Assembly (NCBI GenBank): GCA_036277955.1
Contig: DASULV010000008.1
Span: 320 to 64,319, forward strand
Origin: Solirubrobacterales bacterium
Lineage (GTDB): Bacteria; Actinomycetota; Thermoleophilia; Solirubrobacterales; 70-9
DNA length: 64,000 nucleotides
Direction: 5' to 3'
Positions 46,234-54,919 of the stretch are shown in pieces. A program made the position numbers and the translations under genes. The stretch's first letter is position 1, and each line of letters begins with the position of its first letter. Below the pieces are notes generated by a model. The model did no database searches, was not told the DNA's origin, and saw only the letters and a list, made by a program, of their open reading frames with translations.

Positions 46234-47835
46234 ATGGTTCTCAGGCAGGGAAAGCAAGGGGCTGTCCTGGCCGGCGCGCTGGTGGTCTCGCTGTGGCTGG
46301 CGCTGGCCTGCAGCGCGACGGCGTCGGCCGGCGGGGGCGCCTGCACGATCGAAGGCACCAGCGGTGCCGACCACCTACGTGGCGGCAGCGGCGCCGACGT
46401 GATCTGCGGCCGCGGCGGCGCCGACACGATCCACGGCCTGGGCGGTGGCGATCGCCTGGTCGGCGGGCCGGGGGCCGACTCGATCTTCGGCGGTGCCGGC
46501 CGCGACCTCCTCCTGGGAGCGGACGGGGACGACCGCCTTCGTGGCGGTGCCGGCGCCGACGTTCTCTCGGGCGGCTCCGGCAGGAACGTCTGCTGGGTTT
46601 CGAAGGGCGACGTCGCGCGTCGTTGCGCCCACCGCTCGGATTCGACCGCCGGCCGGAGACCTTCATGGTCGCCGCCCCTCACGGTGCCGCCGCCAGGGCA
46701 AGTCGCGGCGCCTCCCGACACCACGGCGCCGGAACTGGTCTGGCTCGGGGTATCGCCTGAAGTCGCCGACCTCTCCCTCGGCCCCCCGAAGATGACCATC
46801 TACGTGGCGGCCCTGGACAGCAGTCCGCTCGTGTCCGTCACCGCCGAAGTCCACGGTCCCGGAGGTTTCGCGCGGACGGTCGAGCTGGGCGGCGGGATCT
46901 TCGAAGCGTCCGGCTCGACGCAGGTTCCCCCCGCTCCCGTCGGTGTCTACCGGGTTGACCGGGTCACGCTCACGGATGCCGCCGGCAACACCGCGACCGT
47001 TGCCGAATCTCACCTGGAAGGGTTCCCGCGCGAACTCGAGACCTACCCCGGGCCCGACGAAGAGGGTCCCACCCTCACCGGCTTCGAGCTCTCGCCGCCG
47101 CAGATCGACACCAGTGGAGGACCGGCGACGGTGACGATGACGGCCACCGCGAGCGACTCGCTCTCCGGGCTGGCGACGGTCACCCCCTACTTCGACCTGC
47201 CGAACGCGCCGCCGCCCTTCATCTTCCCGCACGGCTTCGGCTTCGGCATGCAGCGCGTCAGCGGCAGCGCCCATGACGGCAAATGGCAGGTGCAGGTCGA
47301 GCTGCCGCGCTACGCCATCGAAGGGGATTACGAGGTAGGCGCCGTTCAACTGATGGACCGGGCAGGAAACTTCACCACCTACGACCGTGGCGAGCTGGAA
47401 GCGCTCTCCTCGGCCCTGACGTTCACCCAGGTGGGAGCGGGGGACGGGACGAAACCGCAGGTCCTCGGACTGACGGAGACCCCGGCGGTCCTCCACACGG
47501 CGGCGGGGGAACGAACCTTCCACCTCCAACTCCACGCCTCCGACGACCTCGCGGGGATCGACACGGAGAGCTTCTTCTCCAGCATCAGCGTCGGCATCGA
47601 CGTCCCCGGCGATCCCGGCTCCTTCGAATACACCGGCATGGCTCCGAGGCTCGTTTCCGGCACCGGCCTCGACGGGACCTGGCTGATCGAAACGACGCTG
47701 CCCGCGACGGCGCCTTTCGGGACCTACACGGTGGATTCGATCTGGGTGTCCGACCGGGCCGGCAACTACCTGGCGCTCAACCAGGCGGCGCTGGAAGCCA
47801 GAGGCCTCGACCTCAGCTTCGACAACCTCCCCTGA
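46234..47835 (+). CDS. secreted protein with RTX-type Ca-binding nonapeptide repeats and three tandem beta-sandwich-like domains
   Basis: Signal peptide, then a GSGADxIxGxGGxDxL series (46.35-46.6 kb). Three ~110-aa units follow, each ending in a D(A/R)AGN motif (TDAAGN, MDRAGN, SDRAGN). Start is ATG 46234 inside the long artefactual ORF 44524..47835. Confidence 0.7.
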   Translation: MVLRQGKQGAVLAGALVVSLWLALACSATASAGGGACTIEGTSGADHLRGGSGADVICGRGGADTIHGLGGGDRLVGGPGADSIFGGAGRDLLLGADGDDRLRGGAGADVLSGGSGRNVCWVSKGDVARRCAHRSDSTAGRRPSWSPPLTVPPPGQVAAPPDTTAPELVWLGVSPEVADLSLGPPKMTIYVAALDSSPLVSVTAEVHGPGGFARTVELGGGIFEASGSTQVPPAPVGVYRVDRVTLTDAAGNTATVAESHLEGFPRELETYPGPDEEGPTLTGFELSPPQIDTSGGPATVTMTATASDSLSGLATVTPYFDLPNAPPPFIFPHGFGFGMQRVSGSAHDGKWQVQVELPRYAIEGDYEVGAVQLMDRAGNFTTYDRGELEALSSALTFTQVGAGDGTKPQVLGLTETPAVLHTAAGERTFHLQLHASDDLAGIDTESFFSSISVGIDVPGDPGSFEYTGMAPRLVSGTGLDGTWLIETTLPATAPFGTYTVDSIWVSDRAGNYLALNQAALEARGLDLSFDNLP

Positions 47836-47838
47836 AGT

Positions 47839-48072
47839 TCAGGTCGGCGACTGGGAGCGAAAGAGGCCCCAAGCCGAGACGATCGCCCAGACGCCCTCGA
47901 GCAGCACGAAGCCCCACTGCGCGGCGATCACCGCAAGGACGGCGAGGATCGCCGAGCCGAGCAGGTTGAGCGCGAGGTAGAGGCGGGAGTCGGGACGCAT
48001 GCGTTCAAACTGCACTGCTGCGAAGGCGGCGAGAATCAGCAACGCCCCGACTATTTGAACGACCTGGTCCAT
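47839..48072 (-). CDS. small 3-TM membrane protein (CBU_0592-like)
   Basis: 77 aa with three hydrophobic helices. The family name is from memory of similar small proteins. Confidence 0.55.
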   Translation of the reverse strand: MDQVVQIVGALLILAAFAAVQFERMRPDSRLYLALNLLGSAILAVLAVIAAQWGFVLLEGVWAIVSAWGLFRSQSPT

Positions 48073-48074
48073 CG

Positions 48075-48860
48075 ATGGAGACTATTGACGAGATGCCTCT
48101 CTTCGACCGCGGGCAGCTGCGCAAGCGCTGGCGCTATGTCGCCGTCTTCGCCGAGGAGCTGATGCTCTGCGCGGCTCGCGCCGAGGTCGGCCCCATGACG
48201 CAGTCGTTCTGGGTCCTCTGGGACCGCGAGCAACGGCGGCAGTGGGCGCACACCGATCCGGTCCCCGGCAGCCGGGAGGTGACGTTGGACGGACCACGCC
48301 TCGAGATCGACGGCCCCGGCCTCCGCGCCAGCCTCGAGCTCGGCGAGGTCTCCCCGGTCGAAGCGACCTGCCCCAGCGGCAAGAGCCTCGCCTGGACCCG
48401 CAAGCGGGTCGGGATGCCGGTCGAGGGGACGGTCGAGATTCCCGGCCTCCGCCGGCAGATCGCCGGCCGCGGCATCGACGACGAGTCGGCCGGTCACCAT
48501 CAGCGCCACACCCACTGGCGCTGGTCCGCGGGGGTCGGCGAATCGGTCGAGGGGCGCAACCTCGCCTGGAACCTGGTCGAAGGGATCAACGACCCGCCGC
48601 GGGGCAGCGAGCGGGCGATCTGGGTCGACGGCGAGCCGGCGGAGCCAGCCCCGGTCAACTTCCGGGGACTCGACGGCATCGACCTCGGCGACGCCGGCTC
48701 ACTCGACTTCGCCACCGAGTCGCGCCACGCCCACGACGACAACTACCTGCTGATCCGCTCCCGTTACCGCCACCGCTTCGGTACCTTTGCCGGCGCTCTC
48801 GGCGGCCTCACTCTCGCCACCGGGTTCGGAGTGATGGAGGAACACGATGCCCACTGGTAA
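48075..48860 (+). CDS. DUF2804 domain-containing protein
   Basis: 261 aa. The WRYVAVFAEE...HWRWSAGVG...AWNLVEGINDP pattern is as I recall for DUF2804. Confidence 0.6.
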   Translation: METIDEMPLFDRGQLRKRWRYVAVFAEELMLCAARAEVGPMTQSFWVLWDREQRRQWAHTDPVPGSREVTLDGPRLEIDGPGLRASLELGEVSPVEATCPSGKSLAWTRKRVGMPVEGTVEIPGLRRQIAGRGIDDESAGHHQRHTHWRWSAGVGESVEGRNLAWNLVEGINDPPRGSERAIWVDGEPAEPAPVNFRGLDGIDLGDAGSLDFATESRHAHDDNYLLIRSRYRHRFGTFAGALGGLTLATGFGVMEEHDAHW

Positions 48861-49551
48861 CCGCCGTCGAGGAGCGCAGCGGAGGCGCAAGCCGAGCCGG
48901 CTCCTGATCTTCAGGCGCAGCCGCGCCGCCCGCCGCGGCGAGGAGTTCATCGCCGCCTACGAGTTCCCCGACTACTTCCCGAAGCGGGTCGCGAAGCGCC
49001 TGCCGGACCTCGACGAGGCCGAGCTGCGGCTGGTCGAGTTGGGACTGCGCGAGTGGTTCATCTGCTGCGCCTGGCGCGGGCGCACGGTGCTGGGGATGCC
49101 CTCGCGCGCCGTCGACGAGGCCTGGCACGAGTTCATCCTCGACACGATCACCTACTCCGCCTTCTGCGAGAAGGCCTTCGGCACCTACCTCCACCACACG
49201 CCGGACGAGGCGATGAGCAAGTCGATGAACGTCGCCCTCGCCGACACGATCCGCGCTTGGGACCGCTCCGAAGCGGGACGCCAGCGCGAAGCTGTGATCT
49301 GGGACCTCGACGAGCGCCTCGAGCTTGAGGAGCCGCTGGGAGTCAACGGCCTGCAGCTCTCGGCGATCCGCTCCGGCACCCCGGTGGTCGGCGCCTGGGC
49401 CTGCGGCGGCTGGGCCGCGGGCGGTGCCTACGGTGCTGCCGGCGGCGACGGGGGCTGCTCGGGCGGCTGCAGCGGAGGGTGCTCGGGAGGATGCAGCGGC
49501 GGCTGCTCCGGCGGCTGCGGTGGTGGTGGCTGCGGCGGGGGCGGCAGCTAG
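48847..49551 (+). CDS. glycine-rich domain-containing protein (GRDP-like) with Arg-rich N-terminus and (GGCS)5 Gly-Cys C-terminal tail
   Basis: VDEAWHEFILDTITYSAFCEKAFGTYLHHTP core. Tail DGGCSGGCSGGCSGGCSGGCSGGCGGGGCGGGGS. It overlaps the DUF2804 gene by 14 nt. Confidence 0.65.
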   Translation: MPTGNRRRGAQRRRKPSRLLIFRRSRAARRGEEFIAAYEFPDYFPKRVAKRLPDLDEAELRLVELGLREWFICCAWRGRTVLGMPSRAVDEAWHEFILDTITYSAFCEKAFGTYLHHTPDEAMSKSMNVALADTIRAWDRSEAGRQREAVIWDLDERLELEEPLGVNGLQLSAIRSGTPVVGAWACGGWAAGGAYGAAGGDGGCSGGCSGGCSGGCSGGCSGGCGGGGCGGGGS

Positions 49552-49601
49552 ATGACCTCTCCGCACTTCTCCCCGCTATAGCGAGGTGAACCTCGGAGTC
49601 G

Positions 49602-50315
49602 CTAAGCCCGGTGCTCGGGGTTCGGCTCGTCGAACCGGCAGCCGGCTTCCCACTCCCCCGGCTGGTTGCCGTGGGCGGGGATACCGCCGTTGTCCTTCAG
49701 CATCCGCGCCAGGTGCATCAGGTTCCAGGCGGCGAAGGTGGTGTTGCGGTTGGTGAAGTCGTTGTCGGGGCCGCCTGAGCCCTCGTCGAGATAGGAGGGG
49801 CCCGGCCCGGCCTCGCCGATCCAGCCGGAGTCGGCCTGGGGCGGGATCGTGTAGCCGAGGTGCTGCAGCGAGTAGAGGACGTTCATCGCGCAGTGCTTGA
49901 TCCCGTCCTCGTTGCCGGTGACGATGCAGCCGCCGACGCGGCCGTAGTACGCCCACTGGCCCTGCTCGTTCAGCAAGTGGGAGTTGCCGTAGAGGCGCTC
50001 GATCACGTGGGTGGCGACGGAGGACTTCTCCCCCAGCCAGATCGGCATCCCCAGCACGAGGATGTCGGCGGCGAGCACCCGCTCGTAGATCGCCGGCCAC
50101 TCGTCCCGCTCCCATCCGTGTTCGGTCATGTCAGGCCAGACGCCGACGGCGATCTCGTGGTCGATCGCGCGGATGCAGTCGACCTCGACGCCTTGAGCCC
50201 GCATCACCGCGATCGACTTGTCCATCAGACCCTGGGTGTTGGAGGTCTCGGGGCTGCGCTTCAGCGTGCAGTTGATGAACAGCGCTTTGAGGTCGGAGTA
50301 GTCGGCTTGGGGCAT
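49602..50315 (-). CDS. flavodoxin-like fold NAD(P)H-dependent FMN reductase family protein
   Basis: KALFINCTLKRSPETSNT...ADILVLGMPIWLGEKSS pattern. Start ATG 50315 is preceded by AAGGGAG. Confidence 0.75.
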   Translation of the reverse strand: MPQADYSDLKALFINCTLKRSPETSNTQGLMDKSIAVMRAQGVEVDCIRAIDHEIAVGVWPDMTEHGWERDEWPAIYERVLAADILVLGMPIWLGEKSSVATHVIERLYGNSHLLNEQGQWAYYGRVGGCIVTGNEDGIKHCAMNVLYSLQHLGYTIPPQADSGWIGEAGPGPSYLDEGSGGPDNDFTNRNTTFAAWNLMHLARMLKDNGGIPAHGNQPGEWEAGCRFDEPNPEHRA

Positions 50316-50332
50316 GTTGTGGTCTCCCTTTC

Positions 50333-51895
50333 TCACCAGGTGTCGACGAAGCGGTGGGCGCCGGGGGGACGGGCGTCGCCGGCGGCGACCAGCGTGGATG
50401 CGATCAGGGAGCGAGTCTCTGCCGGATCGACCACGTCGTCAAGCTCGAACAGGGCGGCGGCGTTGAGTGCTTTCGCGTTCCCTTCGGCCTGGGCGGTGAG
50501 GTCGCGGACCCGTTGCTCGCGCTCGGCCTCGTCGGCGATCGCCTCGAGCTCCTTGCGCAGCGCCAGCCGCACCGCTCCCTCCAGGCCCATCGGGCCGAGA
50601 TGGGCGCTCGGCCAGGCGACCGTCAGCAGCGGCTCGTGCAGGCTGCCGCCGACCATCGCCTGGGCGCCGAGGCCGTAGCCGCGGCGGAGGATCACGGCGA
50701 CGAGCGGCACGCGGAGGGCGGCGCCGGCGACCAGGAGGCGCGAGGCATGGCGGACGAGCCCGGTCGCCTCGGCGTCCGGGCCGACCATGTAGCCGGGGGT
50801 GTCGACGAGAGAGACGACCGGCAGGCCGAAGGCGTCGCAGAGCTGCAGCAGCCGCGCCGCCTTGTCCGCGGCGTCGGAGGTGACGGCGCCGGCGGTGTGG
50901 CGCGTGTCGTTGGCGATGAGCCCCAGCGGGCGGCCCTCGATCCGCGCCAGCGCCGTCACCATCTCCGGCGCGAAGCGCTCGCGCAGGAAGGTGACCGAGC
51001 CCTCGTCGCAGAGGGTCTCGACGATCGGCCGCGGGTCGTAGGCGCGGCGCTTGCGCTCGGGGACGAGCTCGCGCAGGCGCGCCTGGTCGGGTTCGGGGCC
51101 GGGTGCGGTCGCGCCCTGGAAGTAGGCGAGCAGCTTCTTGGTCGCCGCGGTCGCCTCGGCCTCGTCGGCGCAGACGAGGTCGACGACGCCGTTCGGCGCC
51201 TGCCTCTCGATCGGGCCGACCTCGTCGGGCGGAACGTCGCCGAGCCCGCCGCCGGCGATCATCGCCGGCCCCCCCATCCCCAGCGAGGAGTTCTGGGTGG
51301 CGACGATCAGGTCGGCGCAGCCGGCGATTACCGCGTTGCCGGCGAAGCAGCGGCCGTGGACGACGGCGATCCGCGGCACCAGGCCGGAAAGCTTGGCCCA
51401 GAGCGCGAAGGCGCGGGTGTCGAGGGCGGAGACGACGGGATAGTCGGTGTCGCCGGGCCGCCCTCCCCCGCCCTCGGCGTAGAAGACGACCGGCAGCCGC
51501 ATCCGCTCGATCAGCTCGAAGAGGCGGTCCTTCTTGCGGTGCCCGAGGGCGCCCTGGGTCCCGGCCAGCACCGTGTAGTCGTAGGAGAGGACCGCGCAGG
51601 CAGCCCGCTCGGGCTCGAAGAGGTCGCCGTTGACGCGGGCGGTACCGCCGAGCAGGCCGTCGGCCGGCGTGCGCGCAATCAAGTCCTCGAGCTCGCGGCG
51701 GCCGCGCTGGGCGGCGATCGCGTAGCGCCCGTACTCGACGAAGGAGCCGGGGTCGACCAGGTCGGCGAGGTTCTCCCGCGCCGTCCGCCCGCCGGCCTCG
51801 TGCCGCCGCTCCACCGCCTCGGGCCGCGCCGCGTCCTCGGTCAGCGCCCGCCGCGCCAGCAGCTCCGCCAGGTCCTCTCGCTCCCCCTCGGGCAC
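50333..51895 (-). CDS. acyl-CoA carboxylase carboxyltransferase (beta) subunit
   Basis: 520 aa with two crotonase-like halves (VLSYDYTVLAGTQG...; IANDTRHTAGAVTSDAADKAARLLQLCDAFGLPVVSLVDTPGY). Confidence 0.9.
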   Translation of the reverse strand: MPEGEREDLAELLARRALTEDAARPEAVERRHEAGGRTARENLADLVDPGSFVEYGRYAIAAQRGRRELEDLIARTPADGLLGGTARVNGDLFEPERAACAVLSYDYTVLAGTQGALGHRKKDRLFELIERMRLPVVFYAEGGGGRPGDTDYPVVSALDTRAFALWAKLSGLVPRIAVVHGRCFAGNAVIAGCADLIVATQNSSLGMGGPAMIAGGGLGDVPPDEVGPIERQAPNGVVDLVCADEAEATAATKKLLAYFQGATAPGPEPDQARLRELVPERKRRAYDPRPIVETLCDEGSVTFLRERFAPEMVTALARIEGRPLGLIANDTRHTAGAVTSDAADKAARLLQLCDAFGLPVVSLVDTPGYMVGPDAEATGLVRHASRLLVAGAALRVPLVAVILRRGYGLGAQAMVGGSLHEPLLTVAWPSAHLGPMGLEGAVRLALRKELEAIADEAEREQRVRDLTAQAEGNAKALNAAALFELDDVVDPAETRSLIASTLVAAGDARPPGAHRFVDTW

Positions 51896-51912
51896 GGGGG
51901 GACTCTACGTCC

Positions 51913-52158
51913 TCAGCCGCGGATCGCCTTGCCGACGAGGTGCTTGAACCGGGTCCGGTCCCGCTTGGTCAGGTTGCCCGGTTTCCCCTTCGACTTCTTG
52001 ACCAGGTTCCAGAACTCGGTCTGTTCGCGCTGGGTCAGGTTTCCCTCGATCCTGTCCCGGCCTTTCTTCAGGAGCCAGAGCGAGACCACCCAGACTTTCG
52101 CCCACGGGACCCGCTTCCATATATGGGGTGCGGCTTTTCGCGCTATCCAGAACGGCAT
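51913..52158 (-). CDS. small basic hypothetical protein (81 aa) with internal duplication
   Basis: ATG start, high third-position GC, Trp/Lys-rich N-terminus, and two ~18-aa repeats (GNLTQREQTEFWNLVKKS / GNLTKRDRTRFKHLVGKA). Confidence 0.5.
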   Translation of the reverse strand: MPFWIARKAAPHIWKRVPWAKVWVVSLWLLKKGRDRIEGNLTQREQTEFWNLVKKSKGKPGNLTKRDRTRFKHLVGKAIRG

Positions 52159-52173
52159 CGGAGGCGCGGCAGG

Positions 52174-52662
52174 CTATTCGACCACTTCGACGGTGCCGTG
52201 CATCGTCGGATGGATTTCGCAGAAATAGGTGAAGGTGCCGGCTTCCTTGAAGGTCGCGGAGCCGACCTTGCCTTTCTCGATCGTGCCGGTGTCAAAGCTG
52301 CCGTCGTCGGCAGTCGCGGTGTGGGGCGCGGTGTCCTCGTTCTGCCAGATCACCTTGCCGCCGGCCTGGACCACGACCGGATCCGGTTCGTAGGTGAATT
52401 CGACGATCTCGACTTTTTCCGACTTCTGCGCCTCGCCGCTGGGGGCGGCTTCGCTTTCCGCCCCCTCCTTCGCTTCTTCTCCGGCTTCTTCGGCTTCCGT
52501 ACCGGCTTCTTCGGCCGCTTCGCCCGCGTCCTCGCCGGCTTCTTCGACTTCTTCGGCGGCCGACGGAACGGGTTCAGAGGAGTCGGAGCCGCTGCCGCCG
52601 CAGGCCCCAAGGCCGAGGGAGAGGGCGACCAGGGCAGCGGCAAGCAGCGGCTTCGAGCTCAT
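52174..52662 (-). CDS. cupredoxin (plastocyanin/amicyanin-like) lipoprotein
   Basis: Lipobox LGLGAC, an acidic Glu/Ala linker, and type-1 Cu ligands APHTA...YFCEIHPTMHG. Confidence 0.85.
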   Translation of the reverse strand: MSSKPLLAAALVALSLGLGACGGSGSDSSEPVPSAAEEVEEAGEDAGEAAEEAGTEAEEAGEEAKEGAESEAAPSGEAQKSEKVEIVEFTYEPDPVVVQAGGKVIWQNEDTAPHTATADDGSFDTGTIEKGKVGSATFKEAGTFTYFCEIHPTMHGTVEVVE

Positions 52663-52741
52663 TGGCAGCGTTTACCCACTCGCCCGCGCGCCAAATCAGC
52701 CGGTGAGAGAATCAGTCACCGGCCGCGATTAGCCTGCGCGC

Positions 52742-54919
52742 GTGATCACCGGGCCCCGCGGACGCTGGGCGGCTGTCGCGGTCTGGCTCCTGCTCGGAGC
52801 CGCCGGGCTCGTCGCCCACGCGCACATCGACGACGTCACCGCCGCGGGGCAGAGCAGCTTCCTGCCGGCCGACGCGGAATCGACGCGGGCGGTGGAGGCG
52901 CTCCAGCACGTCTCGGGAGGCGGCGAAGAGGTGCCGGTGGTGGTCGTCTTCGAACGCCGCGGCGGGCTGACGAAGCGGGACCTGCGGGCGATCGGGCGGA
53001 TCGGCGACGGGCTCGACCGGCTGGCGCTGACCGGGGCGACGCCGGTCCTCGACCCGTTCTCGGGCGCGCCCCGCTACCGGCGCGACCTCGCCGCGGTGGC
53101 GGGGGTCGCCGACGGCGTCGGCCCGATCTCCCGCGACGGCGAAGCGGCGCTGCTCTTCCTCGCGATCGACGCCCAGGACCGCGGCGCCGTCGTCGACAGC
53201 GTCGAGAGGATGCGGACCTACCTGCGCGGGCACGCGGCGCCGGGGGTGCGCGCCTTCGTCACCGGGCCGGGCGGGATCGCCGCCGACCTCGAGGCGGTCG
53301 CCTCCGAAGCTGCCCACACCCTGCTCTTCGCCACCGTCGGCCTCGTCCTCCTCCTGCTGCTCCTCGTCTACCGCGCCCCGGTCCTGGCGCTGCTGCCCCT
53401 GACGGCGGTCGCCGCCGCCTACCTGGTCGCGGTCGGCATCGCCTACCTGCTGATCGAGGCCGGCTGGATAACCGTCAACGCCGAGGGCACGATGCTCCTC
53501 CTGGTCCTGATCTTCGGCGCCGGCACCGACTACTCGCTCCTCCTCGTCCACCGCTACCGCGAGGAGCTGGCGCTCGAACGGGACCCGGGGGTGGGGCTCG
53601 CCGGACCCTCCCCGCTGTTGTCCGCCGAGCCCCACCCCCGGGTCCCTCCCCATCGCCAAGCCCTGGACAAAGCGGTCCGCGAGACCCGTCCCGCCTTGCT
53701 CGCCTCCGCCGGCACCGTAATCGCGGCGATGCTCGTCCTCCTCGCCGCCGACCTCGAGTCGACCCACTGGCTCGGCCCGATCCTCGCGCTCGGGATCGCC
53801 GTGATGCTCGCCGCCGCCTTCACCCTGCTGCCGGCGCTGCTGGCGATCCTCGGCGAGCGCGCCTTCTGGTCGCCACGGCGCGCGAGTCTGTCTCAGACCC
53901 CCTATATGGAGGGCGGAGACAGACTCGCGATCTGGGAGCGGGTCGCGGGGCTGGTGCGTCGGCGCTCGCTCGCGATCGTGGTCGGCGTGCTGGCGCTGCT
54001 GGGGGTTCTCTGTCTCGGCAACTTGACGAGCCACGACACGCTCGGGTTCGGGCAGGGGGTGACCAAGCCGACGAACTCGAGCGAAGGGGACGAAGCACTG
54101 GAACGGCACTTCCCGCCGGGGCTCTCCTCGCCGCTGACCGCGGTCGTGGAAGCCGAGGCGCTACCGGCGGTCGTGCGGGGGATGCAGCGGCTCGACAGCG
54201 TCCAGCTGGCGCTGCCGGCGCCGATCCCCGGCGACGCCTCGCAGGCCCTGGTCGCCCTCGTCCTCCACGGCAACCCCTACGGCAGCGACGCCGCCGAAGA
54301 CGTCGAGGAGATCCGCAGCCGCCTGCACGCCCTCGCCCCCGCTGCCCTGCTCGGCGGCATCCCGGCCGAGAACCTCGACGTCGAGCAGACCAACGCGCGG
54401 GACACGAAGCTGATCGTCCCGCTCGTCCTCCTCGTCGTCGGCCTGATCCTGATCGCGGTCCTGCGGGCGCTGGTCGCACCGGCCTACCTGATCGCGACCG
54501 TGGTCCTCTCCTTCGCCGCCACCCTCGGCCTCGCCACCTTCGCCTTCACGACGGTATTCCAGACCGAAGGGCTCGCCTTCGACCTCGAGCTGATGGCGTT
54601 CATCTTCCTCGTCGCCCTCGGGGTCGACTACAACATCTTCCTGATGACCCGGGCGCGTGAGGAGGCGGCCGCCCGCGGCACCCGCGAGGGCGTCCTCGCC
54701 GCCCTCGTCCACACCGGCGGCGTCGTCACCGGCGCCGGCCTGATCCTCGCCGGCACCTTCGCCACCCTCACCCTGCTGCCGCTCGAGGAGCTGGTGCAGA
54801 TCGGCGCCACCGTCGCCGTCGGCGTCCTCCTCGACACCTTCCTCGTCCGCGCCCTGCTGATCCCCGCGATCACCTACCGGCTCGGCGACCGGGCCTGGTG
54901 GCCGGGCCGTCCTCAGTAG
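52742..54919 (+). CDS. MMPL family (RND superfamily) transporter
   Basis: 725 aa with two 6-TM bundles and repeated GTDYSLLLV / GVDYNIFLM motifs. Confidence 0.9.
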   Translation: MITGPRGRWAAVAVWLLLGAAGLVAHAHIDDVTAAGQSSFLPADAESTRAVEALQHVSGGGEEVPVVVVFERRGGLTKRDLRAIGRIGDGLDRLALTGATPVLDPFSGAPRYRRDLAAVAGVADGVGPISRDGEAALLFLAIDAQDRGAVVDSVERMRTYLRGHAAPGVRAFVTGPGGIAADLEAVASEAAHTLLFATVGLVLLLLLLVYRAPVLALLPLTAVAAAYLVAVGIAYLLIEAGWITVNAEGTMLLLVLIFGAGTDYSLLLVHRYREELALERDPGVGLAGPSPLLSAEPHPRVPPHRQALDKAVRETRPALLASAGTVIAAMLVLLAADLESTHWLGPILALGIAVMLAAAFTLLPALLAILGERAFWSPRRASLSQTPYMEGGDRLAIWERVAGLVRRRSLAIVVGVLALLGVLCLGNLTSHDTLGFGQGVTKPTNSSEGDEALERHFPPGLSSPLTAVVEAEALPAVVRGMQRLDSVQLALPAPIPGDASQALVALVLHGNPYGSDAAEDVEEIRSRLHALAPAALLGGIPAENLDVEQTNARDTKLIVPLVLLVVGLILIAVLRALVAPAYLIATVVLSFAATLGLATFAFTTVFQTEGLAFDLELMAFIFLVALGVDYNIFLMTRAREEAAARGTREGVLAALVHTGGVVTGAGLILAGTFATLTLLPLEELVQIGATVAVGVLLDTFLVRALLIPAITYRLGDRAWWPGRPQ

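Noticed and set aside
49450-49548. The GGCS-coding repeat as a slippage-prone microsatellite or assembly artefact
   Set aside because: Successive 12-nt units differ at synonymous positions (Gly ggg/ggc/gga; Ser tcg/agc/tcc). This argues against recent slippage or a collapsed repeat, so it is treated as a protein-level feature instead.
52700-52722. Inverted repeat CCGGTGA-9 nt-TCACCGG between the cupredoxin lipoprotein and the MMPL gene as an operator
   Set aside because: It is only 7 bp per arm and no cognate regulator is adjacent. It could easily be chance in GC-rich DNA.
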